Shown here: piece after piece, positions 1-12,699 of the stretch
Layout: the number at the start of each line of letters is the position of its first letter
Position numbering within the stretch: position 1 is the first letter of the stretch
Source: Gracilinanus agilis
Lineage: Eukaryota
Assembly (NCBI RefSeq): GCF_016433145.1
Contig: NC_058134.1
Location: 184,096,056-184,160,055, forward strand
Direction: 5' to 3'
DNA: 64,000 nucleotides
Notes under the pieces: generated by a model
What the model saw: the letters and a program-made list of their open reading frames with translations, nothing else
What the model was told of the DNA's origin: nothing
The model's database searches: none
Program-made: the position numbers and the translations under genes

Positions 1-489
1 GTGTACAAATGATGTTTCTATCATATGCCATTTAGTTAATGCCCTTTTAGGAAGTCAGAGTGCTACAATGGGAAGAATATTGCCTTCGTCTTCTGGATGC
101 GCTACTTGTTAGCTTCATGGCAATTGAAATGCTATTTTGCTTCTCTAGATCTTAGTTGCCCCCAAACTTAAATGAGGGTGTGTGACTGGAGGACCTCTAA
201 GGTCTCTTTTCTCTGATTTTCTGAATCTGGTGGACAGAACCACATTTCCTCTCAGCATGAGAAATAAGACAAATGTCAGGAACTCTGGGACATGGCATAA
301 TCATTGTAGTGTGCAGATAACCGACTTTAATTGGAGGACAGTTATCTGTGGGGGGAATACTTTGGAGACGTTGAGCCTCCCCAAATGGATAAGTGCTTGA
401 TAATGGAATTCGAATTTAGCCTCCTATTTTCTTTACATTTGAGTGAACTTAACCAAAACACTTTAATCTGAATTCCTTGCTAAGCTTTG

Positions 490-900
490 TGAATGCCAAG
501 AATTTAATTTTAATTTTATCTTATTTTCATTGATTTGTTTTAACATTATATTTATTGCTAAATGTAATATCCATCTTTGTCTCTCCTGTCCCCAACCTAG
601 GTGAGGCTTTCCTTATAACCAAGATTCAAAAAGAGAGCTAAAAAAGCTTCACATAACTAATCAATGCATTCATCATCTCTGACAATATAGAGAATATTCC
701 ACATCAGTTGAATCCCTCTCTGTACCCCCCCACTAACTGTCAGTACCCCAACTTTGCAATGAATGAATGCATTTTCTCAACTCTTCTCCAGGACCAAGTT
801 TGGTCATTATATTTAAACGTGATTCAGTTTCATGTTTTTCTTTTCATTTACACTGATTTAATCTGTACTGTTTTCAGGGAAGAACAGACTTAAAAAAACC
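490..900 (-). mobile_element. Old marsupial L1 3' UTR fragment
   Basis: T-rich start (ttttaattttatcttatttt) followed by motifs typical of antisense marsupial L1 3' ends (ttccttataac...aaaaagcttcacataactaatcaatgc); recalled similarity only. Confidence 0.5.
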
Positions 901-1483
901 CAATTTCTAAGGGTTTTTATAGTAGCTTCTTTATGCTTCATAAATTAGTTTTGTCTTGTAGAATTCCATTTGTAATTATAACTGAAACAAAAAGTGCTCA
1001 AGTGCAGTATCAAGCATTAAGAAAAAAAACACCAGATAATAATCCAACAAGCCAGCAAAAAAGTCAGCAAACTTTTGAACTTCAAAAAAAAAAAAAAAAA
1101 GATTCAGTTCAGGTTCTGTTGCAGTTTTGCATATAGGATCAAACAGGCCCTTCCCGCATCTACACCATTTTACCCATCTTTAATTAGCTGCTTGTCTTTC
1201 AAGTTTCAGGATAGCATGCTTCACAGATGACGTGCTGTGTATTAGCAGCCTGGGCTGAGACCCTGCAGTGAAGCTATTTTATGTGAGTTGAAACACAGGC
1301 ACTGTATGGATGAGACCATCAAGAAGATAAAACTAATTCTAGTCTATATATCAGGAAGTGCAGTGTGTTCAAAATACCAGTGCATTCTTTCAAAGCAGTA
1401 CTAGAAAGAATAACCCCTTAGTGCCCTGAAAATGGAATGTCAAACAACATAATATAATCCTCCTCCTTATGGGTTGGGTGGAG

Positions 1484-1810
1484 ACACAGAGAGACAGAGA
1501 CAGAGAGAGAGGGAGAGAGGGAGAGAGGTAGAGAGAGACAGACACTGAGAGACAGACAGAGTCAGAGGGAGAGAGGAAGAGAGGTGGGAAGAGAGGGAGA
1601 GACAGACAGAGACAGACAGATGGACAGACAGACACAGAGACAGACACATAGACACAGAGAGACAGACAGACACACACAGAAAAAAAGAAACAGACAGACA
1701 GACAGACAGAGCCTGACAGAGACAGAGAGAGGGGCAGGGAGGAGAGGGAGGGGGGGGGAAAGGTAGGGAAAGAAGGAGAGACAGAGGTTGAGAGACAGAG
1801 AGACAAAAAG
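1484..1810. repeat. Compound (GA)n/(GACA)n purine-rich microsatellite
   Basis: Direct reading: gagacagaga, gacagaca and gagaggga units; explains the low-complexity ORFs 1390-1806, 1467-1673 and 1584-1766. Confidence 0.95.
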
Positions 1811-1971
1811 AGAGATTTCTCTTTGTGCCAGATTTTAGAAGTCTTAATATTCCTTCCTGTCTAATTTTATAGAAAGTGATAATAGAATTCCTGTCAAATT
1901 AGAGGTGATGGACTTTTTAGCCTATGTCATGGGAAAAATAGTTATTATCCTAAACATAATTCAAATAAAAG

Positions 1972-2286
1972 TTTATTTGTAATGCCATTATGCTGAAGGG
2001 TGCACTTCCAGCATATAATTGTATTCAATTATAAATATTAAAAATTCAGAATAGTATCAGATTGAAAGGGAAATATTAAAAAAAAAAAAGATTTTACATG
2101 CTTGGGTGTGTGAATTTAATCCATTGCATCCCCTCAAGATGGAGCATTGTTTTTAGTTCTTAAAAATAAGACATAACAAAACAAAGTGGGGGGGATTACT
2201 GTAAAGAGATGTGGGCTTGCGTGTATTGTTAGCTGAGAAGTATGAGGTGATTTCATCCTTTCATTTTCCATCTTTTACATCTGTAC
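1972..2286 (-). other. Candidate terminal (or start-containing) exon of an unidentified - strand transcript
   Basis: Strong acceptor gtgtgtttcgttttctgtttcatag|G at 2286; phase-1 reading xTDVKDGK-stop; AATAAA on - strand at 1972-1977; no protein recognised. Confidence 0.25.
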
Positions 2287-3112
2287 CTATGAAACAGAAA
2301 ACGAAACACACATATCAAGAAGATGTCTAGTGAGAGAAGGAAAGTTCAAAGAGATGTGAGGAAGGGGCAAACAAGTAGTTGACTTTAAAGAAATGTCAGG
2401 GAAATAGTGATATTTTTGAAACCAGGTTAGCCACCAGTTGAAACCGCATCCCTGACCCAAACTAAGTGGGAAAGGGGATGAAAAGGGATACTATAAGAGT
2501 CTGCAGGAATTTTCCAGACCTTTAGTGAAAATCCTCACTGCTCAAGTAGTTGCCTCAATAGATTTTCTCCACTTTAGTGATCAGAAGACACCTTTTCAGT
2601 GTTCTAAAAAATATATATAGGGTGCCAACTCAAATATCTTTTTTTGAGGGGGTGGTGGTGATAAAGGAATATTTTCTATCTCCAACCAAATTAAAGGAAC
2701 AGGAACAAGATTCAAAAAAAAAGGATAACACAGAGCTTGAGGAAAAAACAAAACAAAATATTTCTTCAACATTGCCATTTCAAAAGTTACCAAATTGGGT
2801 CACTAGATAATTAGATTAATTCAGCTACTCTTTTATTTTATTTTGAAAAAATGTTTTTGCTCTTAGATATCCACGGGATAGCATAAAATGGAAATACCTG
2901 GCTTTTTATAACTAAAGAGCTATTATCATCATGCTGAATCAGAGAGAACTAGACACTTTTGGAGTATCGACACCTGGAACCACTTTGTTAAAAAGGCATG
3001 CCTTAGTACAGCTAACTAAAGGTCACAGAGTGGGAGTAAAAATTGGCTCATGTTTACCCATCTTAGCTGGCTACCAGTTGGTTCACTTTAATTGGCTATC
3101 ATGTCCACTTAC

Positions 3113-3175
3113 TAGAAATTGGCTCTGTTTCACAGCTGTTGGATGTTAGAACATAGACACTTTGAACCAATTTAT
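3113..3175 (-). CDS. Candidate 63-nt internal exon (xKLVQSVYVLTSNSCETEPIS), unidentified
   Basis: Acceptor aatttttttcag|, donor CTA|gtaagt, symmetric phase 1 open frame compatible with the 2286 acceptor. Confidence 0.25.
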
Positions 3176-3743
3176 CTGAAAAAAATTTTTTGTTCAATGT
3201 TCTGTCTGCCAGAATATTGTTTCAGATTACCATTCTTTCATAGAAAAATCACTAATTGGGAGTAGTAATATTTAGCAACATGAGTATATGCTCCAGGACC
3301 TGAGAGTCTTGGCTAAATTACTATATAAACAGATAATTCCCAAGTACAATGTAAGAATAATATCAGAGGGGACTGAAAAATGATTATAATTTAATATGGA
3401 GTAGCATCATGATGAAGTAGACAGGTGCAACCTTAGAATTAGGAACAACCTAGGTTCAGGTTCAGCCTCTTTGACACCAACTCTGTAACCCTGCACACGG
3501 ACCATTTTACCCCCTGCAGAAAAACTGCTTATCTGCACTAACAGAGGAACATTCACTAGGAATTCCTCCACTTCAGTGAAACCATAGTTTTGGACCATGA
3601 TGAGAACTATAAGGAGGAGGACAGCAATGAAGATGATGATAATTGGATGGGAGATAGGAATATTTTTTAAGCTGATACCTTAATATGAATGTAAGAAGAT
3701 AACTTTGGAATTCAGTATACAACGAATAAAAAGATGTATTCCA

Positions 3744-3913
3744 GGGGCAGCTCAGTACTCAGTGGATTGGGAGCCAGGTCTAGAGACAGGAGGTCCTAGG
3801 TTCAAAACCAGCCTCAGACACTTCCTAGCTGGGCAAGTCACTTACCCCCACCCCCCTCCTTGCCTAGCCCTTTCCCAGTACATACTGTTGGTATCAAGGT
3901 GGAAGGTAAGGTG
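3744..3913 (+). mobile_element. SINE1_Mdo (opossum tRNA-derived CORE-SINE), older degraded copy
   Basis: ggggcagct...ctcagtggattgggagccagg...ctagagacaggaggtcctaggttcaaa...ggaaggtaagg matches the better-preserved copies in this window. Confidence 0.85.
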
Positions 3914-3964
3914 GTTTTTTTTTTTTTTAAAGAATGCATTCCCTTTAATTGTTTAATAAAACAG

Positions 3965-3996
3965 CAACATTTTTCTGAGGATCCTTTTCAACTTAG
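3965..3996 (+). CDS. Candidate 32-nt exon (xNIFLRILFNL, phase 2 to 1), unidentified
   Basis: aataaaacag| acceptor, TAG|gtaagt donor; frame-compatible with 9856-9937. Confidence 0.25.
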
Positions 3997-4169
3997 GTAA
4001 GTTAATTTTTTAGAGTCCACATTCAATCTTTTTGTACATTCTTTATAATTAACATTTCATTTTTAAACTGACAGTTTGTATTTGTCTAATGGCTTTCAGT
4101 ATATACTTCCTTGAAATTGTGGCTAGAATTACCAGTAATCAACACAAATAATTTCACTTGACATTAATG

Positions 4170-4372
4170 TATTACTTTAAATCTTGTAAAGCATTTGTCA
4201 TGTGTCATCTCATTTAGCATCATGACCCTGTAAGATAGGCATCACAGTTATTATCCCCATTTTACAGATGAGAAGGATAAGACTGAGAGAATTTGAATTA
4301 CTTGTCCATGGACGCACAGCTAATATGCACCAACTGACACTTGAATATAAGTCTTTCTGACTTTGAATCTAG
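4170..4372 (-). mobile_element. MIR-family SINE
   Basis: Antisense MIR core: attatccccattttacagatgag...gacttgtccatggacgcacagctaa. Confidence 0.75.
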
Positions 4373-5264
4373 TTTTTGAATTACTTGACTCTCAAATATT
4401 GTGCAATAGATTTACTGACTTAAAACTACTTCTAATATCAGAATACTGGTGCAGGAATTAACAAAGAACATACCAAAAATGAAACTTTATTTCATAAGAA
4501 TAGGAAGCCCCTAGAGAAAAACTCCTTTTCCCAATGCAGATCAGCAAATGCTTTGCAACTTAGTTTAAGACAGCTGAGTAGTTAAGTCCTGCTAATTAGT
4601 GTTAGAGGCATCACTTGAATTCAGGCTAGTTTTCCTGACTTAGAGGATGGTTCTCTAACCGTTTCACAACACCGTCTTTCATTTATTTATTAAGTGAAAA
4701 TGAAAAAGTTGGTATTTTAAGTGCAAAAGAAAATAGATTTTATGTCCTTTTCAACAATTAATAATTTCAATTTTTAAGACTACTTAATTACTTTTTATAA
4801 AAGCCAGCTGGTTTTGGTAGCTTCTGTGACCTTCCATACTCTGAATGTTCTCACAAATCAAAAGAAAGATATGCTTCATTTTTATATTAGTCCTGGGGAA
4901 AATAACATTATAAATCAAGGATAGAATATAACCTGGAACTCTTTAAAAAAAAGGTGGAATCAGGGTTGCCTTGGGAATATTTAGATCCTTGAAGAGGTTA
5001 ATTGGGAGAGCACCAATTCCCTTTTTATAAAGTTTTTTCTTTTTTCCCCCTTTCCCTCACCTGCTCCCTGGCCCCCAAATTGCTCCTCTTCTCTAAGCCA
5101 TAAGTTCTTTATACACACACGCTTCACCTGTACAGTTCTATACTGCAATGAAAGACATAAAGACTTGTTGAGAATCAGGAAGATGACTTTGTTGGCTTCT
5201 TTTTAAAAATTCTGCTTCTCTCAGCTGTGATTCTAAATTGTAAAGATTTAAATGCTACGGAATC

Positions 5265-5560
5265 ACAAAATTTCAGAGTCAAAAGTTGATCTTAAGTCTT
5301 GCAAACCTAAATAAGAAACTCAACTACAATATGCCTAATGAGTGATTATCCAGCCTTTGCTGGAAAATCTCCACCCATCACCACCTAAGGTCGCACGTGT
5401 CACATTGTGATAGCTATAATTGTTGGGAAGTTTTTCCTTCCATCAGGCTTAAAGTCAGAATGCTCTCTAGAGAGCATCTCATGTACCTTCCACCATTCAA
5501 AAATGCTCTTTACTCTAAAAAACTGATTTTATCAAAACTAACTAAAGTGATTCTACTTTG
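5265..5560 (-). mobile_element. L3/CR1 LINE 3' fragment
   Basis: aatcacaaaatttcagagtc...ttatccagcctttgctggaaaatctcc...caccacct resembles antisense CR1 3' end. Confidence 0.5.
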
Positions 5561-5939
5561 CTTTGAACTTCTATGTGAAATTTATGTCTATATCCTTCAT
5601 TTGGAACTTATGGCTTAAGCTGTAGTTTTCATTATTAATAATATAATATTATGTTTATTATATTAATTGCAACATTATAATTACATAATAATGTAACCTA
5701 CTGTAAAACAAGTTAAAATGGACAATTAGGTGAAAACTTGGGTTCTGATTAATGGCTGGATAATCTAAAATAAATGAATCTTTTTGAACCTCACAATATG
5801 GATTATAATACCTGCCTTTCCATTTACAGAAACTGAAGCTTTGTTGTTCAGTCATTTCATTGGTGTCTGACTCTTTGTAACCTGATTTGTTTTCTTTTGT
5901 TTTATTTTGCCAAGATACTAGAGTAGTTTGACATTTATT

Positions 5940-6165
5940 TCTGCAGCTCACTTTAAAGATGAAAAAACAGAGGCAAACAGGGTTAAGTAACTTGCCCAGC
6001 GTCACACAGTTAGTGAGTGTCTGAGGCCAGATTTGAACTTAGGAAGATGCCTTTCTGATCCACAAAACCATTAAGTAAACTGAGGCAGATAGAGCTGCCC
6101 ATATTTGAATTAAGGTCTTCCTAATTCCAAGCCCCACACTTTATCCACTGCACCACCTAGCTGCC
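5940..6165 (-). mobile_element. MAR1/MIR-type marsupial SINE
   Basis: gaggcaaacagggttaagtaacttgcccagcgtcacacag...gtgtctgaggccagatttgaac...tttatccactgcaccacctagctgcc (reverse of ggcagctaggtggtgcagtggata 5' end). Confidence 0.8.
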
Positions 6166-6249
6166 TTGGTTGTTTTTTTTTTTTTTTGTTGTTGTTGTTT
6201 GTTTGTTTGTTTGCTTGCTTTTTTTTTATCTTATGTGCTATTTTATTTT

Positions 6250-6905
6250 TTATTTTTATTTTTAATTTAGAATATTTTCCATGGTTACATGATTCATGAT
6301 TCTGCCCCCTCCTTTCCCTCCCTCTTCCCAGAGCTGACAAGCCATTCCACTGGATTATATATGAATCATTGTTCAAAACCTATTTCCATGTTATTCATAT
6401 TTGCAGTAGAGTGATCTTTTAACATCAAAATCCTTATTATATCTCCATCAAACTACATGATTGATCATATGTTTTTCTTCTGTGTTTCTGTTCTCACAGT
6501 TCTTTCTCTGGATGTAGATAGTGTTCTTTCTAACAATGGATTGTCCTGGGTCATTGCATTGCTGCTAGTAGAGAAGTCTGTTATATTCGATTCCACCACA
6601 GTATATCCGTCTCTGTGTATAAGTTTCTCCTGGTTCTGCTCCTTTCACTCTGCATCAATTCCTGGAGGACATTCCAGTTCACATGGAATCCCTCCAGTTC
6701 ATTATTCCTTTCAGTACAATAATATGCCATCACCAACAGATACCACAATTTGTTCAGCCATTCCCCAATCAAGGGACACCTCCTCATTTTCAAGTTTTTT
6801 TGCCAGTACAAAGAGCACAGCTATAAATATTTTTGTACAAGTATTTTTCCCTATGATCTCTTTGGGGTATGAAGCCAGAAGTGGTGTGACTGGGTCAAAG
6901 GGCAG
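6250..6905 (-). mobile_element. Opossum-lineage L1 (L1_Mdo-type) 3' end
   Basis: T-rich tail then ttttccatggttacatgattcatg...attccactgg...; - strand ORF 6581-6811 (CPLIGEWLNKLWY...YY...N.LEGFH.NW..LQELMQSE) is the L1 ORF2 C-terminus. Confidence 0.9.
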
Positions 6906-6939
6906 GCTAGCTGCCTTAGTTGTAAAGACATGTTGCTAT

Positions 6940-7330
6940 CAATCAACCAACCAACATTAAGTGCGTACTATATACTAGGCACCTGGGAATTTAAAGATAA
7001 AATTGAAACATCCCCTGGACTCATAGATGTTACATTCTAATGGGGGAGACATGTTCTATATGTTTATAAATATTAAATTATATATATGAAATCAATAAAT
7101 GGTCATTTGAAGAAGAGAAGAGTCTTCATGTGGAAGGAGGTACTTGAACTGAGTCTTGAATCAAACAGAGGTTTCTCAGAGGGAGAGGTGAGAAGGGGGT
7201 ATATTCTTGGCATGAGGCTAGTGCAAAGGCACAAAAATGGTGATGAATCATCATGTGTGTGGAACAGCAAGCAGGATAGCATGCCTGGATGGCAGAACAT
7301 GTGTAGAGAAGTAATGTGTATAGAGATGTC
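6940..7330 (-). mobile_element. L2 LINE 3' end
   Basis: tcaatcaaccaaccaacattaagtgcgtactatatactaggcac is the reverse of the L2 3' terminus. Confidence 0.75.
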
Positions 7331-7859
7331 TTAAGGGGCCAAACATACCTGACTTCTCCTTCTAGATTTAAATTTTCTCAGGGATAAGAACCATGTTTCA
7401 TACATTAAAAATATTATATTGAATGTTAAAAAATGTTTGGGCTTGTGTAAGGAATTCTTGATATTTCAACTATTTCCACCTACAGAGATCTACAATTTAT
7501 CTGGGATTTGTGGTCTTAGGGAGTAGTTCATTTACCAAGAGTTTAGTGACATCTAATATACATTCTATCATTCCCCACCTAATATATATGGTATGTAAGT
7601 TGCAGGACTTCAATCCATGAGTCTCTAGTTCTGTAGCAGCTCTATCTGTATCTACTATGCTAGGTGGCTTTGCATATAGGCATTTTATAGGTATACTTAT
7701 TTAGCTACCAGTTTCAATAGACCTTTTTGGGTGTATCAATCAGAATGAAACTTGTCCATCTGAAGAAAGTAAATAGTTCTGTTGTTTTCATGCCTCTAAT
7801 ATATTCTGGAATGTAATGTGATGTTAAAATTCTGCGCTTATTACAATAAATTTTATTTA

Positions 7860-8400
7860 CTGATTGCAGATTGGCACACAGATGATTGCATCATTCCATT
7901 GCCACAAAGCTTTGTCAGACTTCTTAGACTTATATTCAATCTCCTCTATAATCCCGCTCCAATCCACCTTTAAATCTTTGTTTTCTCCTTATTTTTCTTT
8001 AGAACTTTAATTTCAGCCAGACTAGGTAACTTTTTGCTCCTCAAATTTATCATTGTTTACTAGCCCCCGTGATGGTGAGAGGCAGAGACAGGGAGACAGA
8101 ATTCTGTTTGCTCAGTTCTCTTCCCCTTGCTCTCACCTCCAGTATACCAGTTGAAACTATGGCTATTCTCCAAAGTCTGGCTCAAATGCCAACTTCTCCA
8201 CAGAGCCTTCTCTGACACTATTAACTCTCAAGCTGTCAGTGACTTTCCCCTCATCTGAGTTTATACCTTATACTCATTTTTTGTAATTATGTTCTGATTT
8301 TTATAATATTTTTCTATGTACTATGATCATTATTGGATTACAAGCTGATTCAGGATAGGAACTGTATCTTAATATTTTTGTATTTCCCATACCATGCCAA
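7860..8400 (+). mobile_element. L2 LINE 3' fragment
   Basis: Pyrimidine-rich sense L2 3' motifs (ctcaaatgccaacttctccacagagccttctctgac; ttggattacaagctgattcaggataggaactg). Confidence 0.6.
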
Positions 8401-8689
8401 AAATTCTTTGAACTCTCCTGGGACATTCCTCTTAGACTTCACATAACTTCTTTTTCATCTCTCCTCCTGTCTTTCTGTTAGTGTCCCCCCCCCTTTTCTT
8501 TTTTTCCTCTTTCTGTCTGTCTCTGTCTCTCTGTCTCTCATCAATCATCCATTTATCCAGCGATTTAGTTTTTACCATTCTCTTATGTCCTTAGGTAATC
8601 CTTAAGATATTTATGTGTTCTTGTTTCTTAAATCCTTTTCTATATTGGTAGAACATAAGATCATAGAATTAGAGCTAGAAGGCACATTA

Positions 8690-8825
8690 CTCAGTCAATT
8701 CAGGCATATACAACTCTTCATGACCTCATTTTGGATTTTCTTGCTAAGATATTGGAGTGGTTGGCCATTTCCTTCTCCTGATCATTCTACAGGTAAGGAA
8801 ACTGAGGCAGACATTGTTAAGTCTG
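8690..8825 (-). mobile_element. MAR1 SINE 3' part
   Basis: tcatgacctcattttggattttcttgctaagatattggagtggttggccatttccttctcc is the reverse of the MAR1 RTE-like tail. Confidence 0.75.
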
Positions 8826-9855
8826 AAGACAAAATGACTTACATTTTATAAAACATCTTACAGATCTTAAAGGACAACATAAAAGCTTATTTTTATAATT
8901 GCTGTTGTTACTTTTTTCTCTTCCTTCTCCTCTTCCTCCTCCTCCTCCTCCTCCTTTTCCCCTAATACTGCACTGCTTAGAAAATATGAAATGTATTTTA
9001 TTTAAGCTTTGGAAATTAGAGATCAGGTCTCTTATGTTGCAATAGTTCCTTTAGTCCATGAAAATCACAAAATAACCATCTTTATACTAAGTTTGAATCC
9101 TTATTTCTTCAATAGCTCAGACAGTCTGCTAGAGCTTTTGATGGATGAGAGTCTTCTAGGAAAAATGTTAGTAATACCCAGCCAGCCACAATAGGGAAAC
9201 CCTACATAATTAAATCTCATTTATAAGGGACCAGGAACAAGAATTGGATTGTGTGGAGCAGGAGTATCAAGCTACTGAAATGTGATAGGAAAGAGACATG
9301 TCCAGGAACCAAAAAGAACAATTTTCCAATGAGGCACCCACAAGATCTCAAGGAGAAGCAAGATGCAAAATCTGAAGTCTCTGTATAGTTTTGTGAAACC
9401 AAGTGTCTAAAAACAGATGCATTCCACACAATACCGGGTACCTGTATCTTTCTAAGCTTGAGTCTGTGATTTCCTGCCTTTGTTCTTGTGAGGGAGCTTT
9501 CTCTATGTAGCTTCTGGCTACTGCAGGTGACTCTCAGAAGGGAAACAGCTGTGTCCAAGAGGCAGTGAAAATGTAGGTGCTTTCAGCTGGGGGTTATTTA
9601 ACTAAATAGAACCTGCATTATTTTTCACATACACATTCCTCTTCCCTCAACACTTCCAGTCATCCTTTGATGGCAAAGAAGGTATGCATTTTAGGAATAG
9701 GCTGGGAAAAAAACTCCCTCAGGGATTCTGGGATCCTACTTGATAAAGACTGGTCCATGGAGTAAATTTAATTTTTCTAATGCTTGTCTTCTAAGGACTT
9801 AGGTGTTTCCAAGTCATCTCGTCATAGTTGACACTGAAGTAGTGTGTTTTTTCAG

Positions 9856-9937
9856 CTATCATACTAAGTACTAGAATGAGTGTTGAAAAAGCTGCCTCTT
9901 CTTGTTCATTCAAATCTGATTTCCTTGCAAAAGCAAT
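9856..9937 (+). CDS. Candidate 82-nt exon (xIILSTRMSVEKAASSCSFKSDFLAKAx), unidentified
   Basis: gtgtgttttttcag| acceptor, AAT|gtaagt donor; only one open frame (phase 1 to 2), compatible with both neighbouring candidates. Confidence 0.3.
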
Positions 9938-11814
9938 GTAAGTCTCAATCTGTTGCATTTAGAATACACAAAAGCAGTTGATTTAAGTCAATACTGATTA
10001 TCATGTTGCTTGGCCTGTTATGTGATGTTATCCTTTCAACAGCCAGTCACTCTTAATATACTATATCAGATAGCTTTAATATTATGATGACTCATTCTTG
10101 TTTTAGTACCTGAAACGGGTGCTGAACAAAATAGACGACTGATGTCATCAGTGAATACTATGTTTTTTATATGCAAGTAGGAATTATGTTGAGCTATAAT
10201 GTCTCTGGGCTGAAAAGAACCTGTTCAGAATGCTGAACTGTTCCAATGAATTGGTTATGACTGGAAATTAGTAAATGATTTTTAGAATAAATCATGGAAA
10301 TGGAGGATTCCATTGGGGATCTCCAAGAGCTGCCTGAAAGTGTAGCCATAGTGGACATGTTTGTGGTTGGTCTGTGTCCCACACAGTATAAGGAATCCAA
10401 GATATAAAAAATAGAGCATAATTTCAAGAATTTAGATAGCTACCCTAAATAAGACCATACATGTAACATGTTATATGTTTTAAAACCTATATATTTTATG
10501 TACATATGTTTCATATATTTAACATTTTATAAGGAAGTCTGGGATATCAGAAGAGTGTATATGAGGAAAAATAAATGAAGACTGAATCAAAACCTATTTA
10601 TGCAAGAGGACAATTCTGCTTTCTTCTGTAAATTAGTTAGTATTAATTTGATAAAGAAAAACAACACAATGTAGAAATGAAATCATTTAGTTACCTTTCT
10701 TTTTTTTTTTTGAGGTCCAATTTTCAATGAATAACCATATCCTTTAACAAAAACTGCAATGTAATCATGAAGTTATTTTTTTTACCCTTCTTTCTCAGCA
10801 GCTATTTTTGACTACTTATTTTGCCTGTAGCTGCATGTACTCAATTTTTCACACCTTGTTTAGACTTGTATGTTTACCATACCACCACTGTTTTAAGTTT
10901 CCGACCTCCCTAAATCCACAAAACACTTAAGAAAGGATTTCCATGTATTATATTTTGTTCAGAAAGCCTTATCTCAAGCTGACATATTTGCACATTTTAT
11001 TTTTTAAAGGAATATACTTGTGAATTATACATTCACAATTCTATTTTCATAGCCTGGGTTAGGATCTCTCTGTGAAATTCTATTAAATAAAATTTTCCTA
11101 AAAAAATGTTAACCATGCACAAAATGCTGATACAGTATTTTAGCACACTTAATTATTTCTTTTTTTTCATTGTTTATCATTGTTTTGTCAACCTTCCATA
11201 TCATTACCCACAATGCTTTGTGTTGGTTTTTCTTTGAAAATTCCTTTCCTCTGAACTTACCATGAACTTCTGCCTGTAACATGCTGCCCCAGAATACCAC
11301 AGACACTTACAAAAGGAATAAAAAAAAGTTTTTAATGGTGGAGATCTGTTGTAAAGCATGCATGAAACAAAAGTCCAGGTGATTCCAATTTTTTTTGAAA
11401 AAGTATCTGAGGATATAGGTCTAGTTAAAGATTAAGAAGAAAGGTAGCATACCATATATCAAACATGCTATGTAAGCAGGGTGTATGTAACATCCTTTGT
11501 TTTGTCTTCCTTTTTTTTCTTTTTTAGTGATGGAAATTTTGCTAATGCTGTAGGAGAATAGGGATACCAGTCATCTGATGGAAAAGCAAGAGACAATGAG
11601 ATTGTTTCAAGAGATGAAATAAGCTGAAGGGGAAGGAACACATACAACATTAGGGTCTATACAGTGTAGACAGTGTTAGAAGATTGCTTACCTGATGAGG
11701 AAGAACAAAAATATGAATGAATGTTTCTAATCATGGACATCTTCAGAATATTTTGTCCTGGTAGTCCTCTTACCTAGTTATATCAAGGGGTTACTGTTGT
11801 TTTGACACATAATA

Positions 11815-12077
11815 AAACTAATAACTAGAATTTTTATAACATTTACCATGTGCCAGATGCTACACTAAGTGCTTTGCAAATATTCTTATTTGATCCTCAC
11901 AACAGTTCTGTGATTTAGGTGCTATTATTATCTCTCTTTTATAAATGTAGAAACTGAGGCAAAAAGTCGCTAAATGACTTTCCCAGCTTCACATCGCTTT
12001 TAGATGTCTGGGGTCAGATTTGAACTCAATTCTTTCTAACTTCAAGCCCAGGGCTCTTTCCATTGAGCCACCAGCTA
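11815..12077 (-). mobile_element. MIR-family SINE, near full length
   Basis: tttaccatgtgccag...gtgctttgcaaatatt..atttgatcctcacaac...gaaactgaggc...gatttgaactc...ttccattgagccacc. Confidence 0.85.
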
Positions 12078-12699
12078 TTCTAATAATAAATAGTTACAGT
12101 AAAAGAGACAGGATTTTGATTTAAGAGACCAGAATTCTGTTTACAGATAGAGAACTGATTAACAGCATGACCTGAGACAGAGCATTTTACTTGTCTAGAC
12201 TCAGTCCCCTCACTGTTAAAATAAGTGGGTTGAACTAGATTATCTTCAAGACCCTTTCCAGCTTTTATGATGTTGAAGTAGTATCTACACTTGTCTAAAG
12301 ATAAGAAATTATAGGTTAGTGAAGGAAAAGTTCAGAAGTAAAAGTGAAGGTGTTATCCTTTTTTGCATGTTACATAGGACCGCTCGCTTTTTAAATAAAA
12401 GAAACAAAAGCAAGTGAATATACAAATTATATAAAATTAGGTTTGTGATCTAAATTTGCTTTGGTCTTATATTTATGGTATGGCAAGAGATACTCTAGTG
12501 TTTTTTTCTTTTCTGTATATCTTTTTTTTTCTTTTCTGTATATTTTCTTTTCTGTATATTATATACAGCTTAAATAATCTTACTTTTTTTAAAATTGGGG
12601 ATTTCAAACATATTCATGAGTCGGAAACTCTTGGATATATGTAGATAAAGATAAGGATTAGACCTGTGATTTCACTGCAGTAAGGAACTCAGGTGAGGA

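Noticed and set aside
1390-1806. 138-aa Ser/Leu/Val/Cys-rich ORF and overlapping ORFs
   Set aside because: Pure read-through of the GA/GACA microsatellite
6457-6960. Longest clean ORF on the track (167 aa, + strand)
   Set aside because: Antisense reading of an L1 3' end; similar text recurs at 29805-30177
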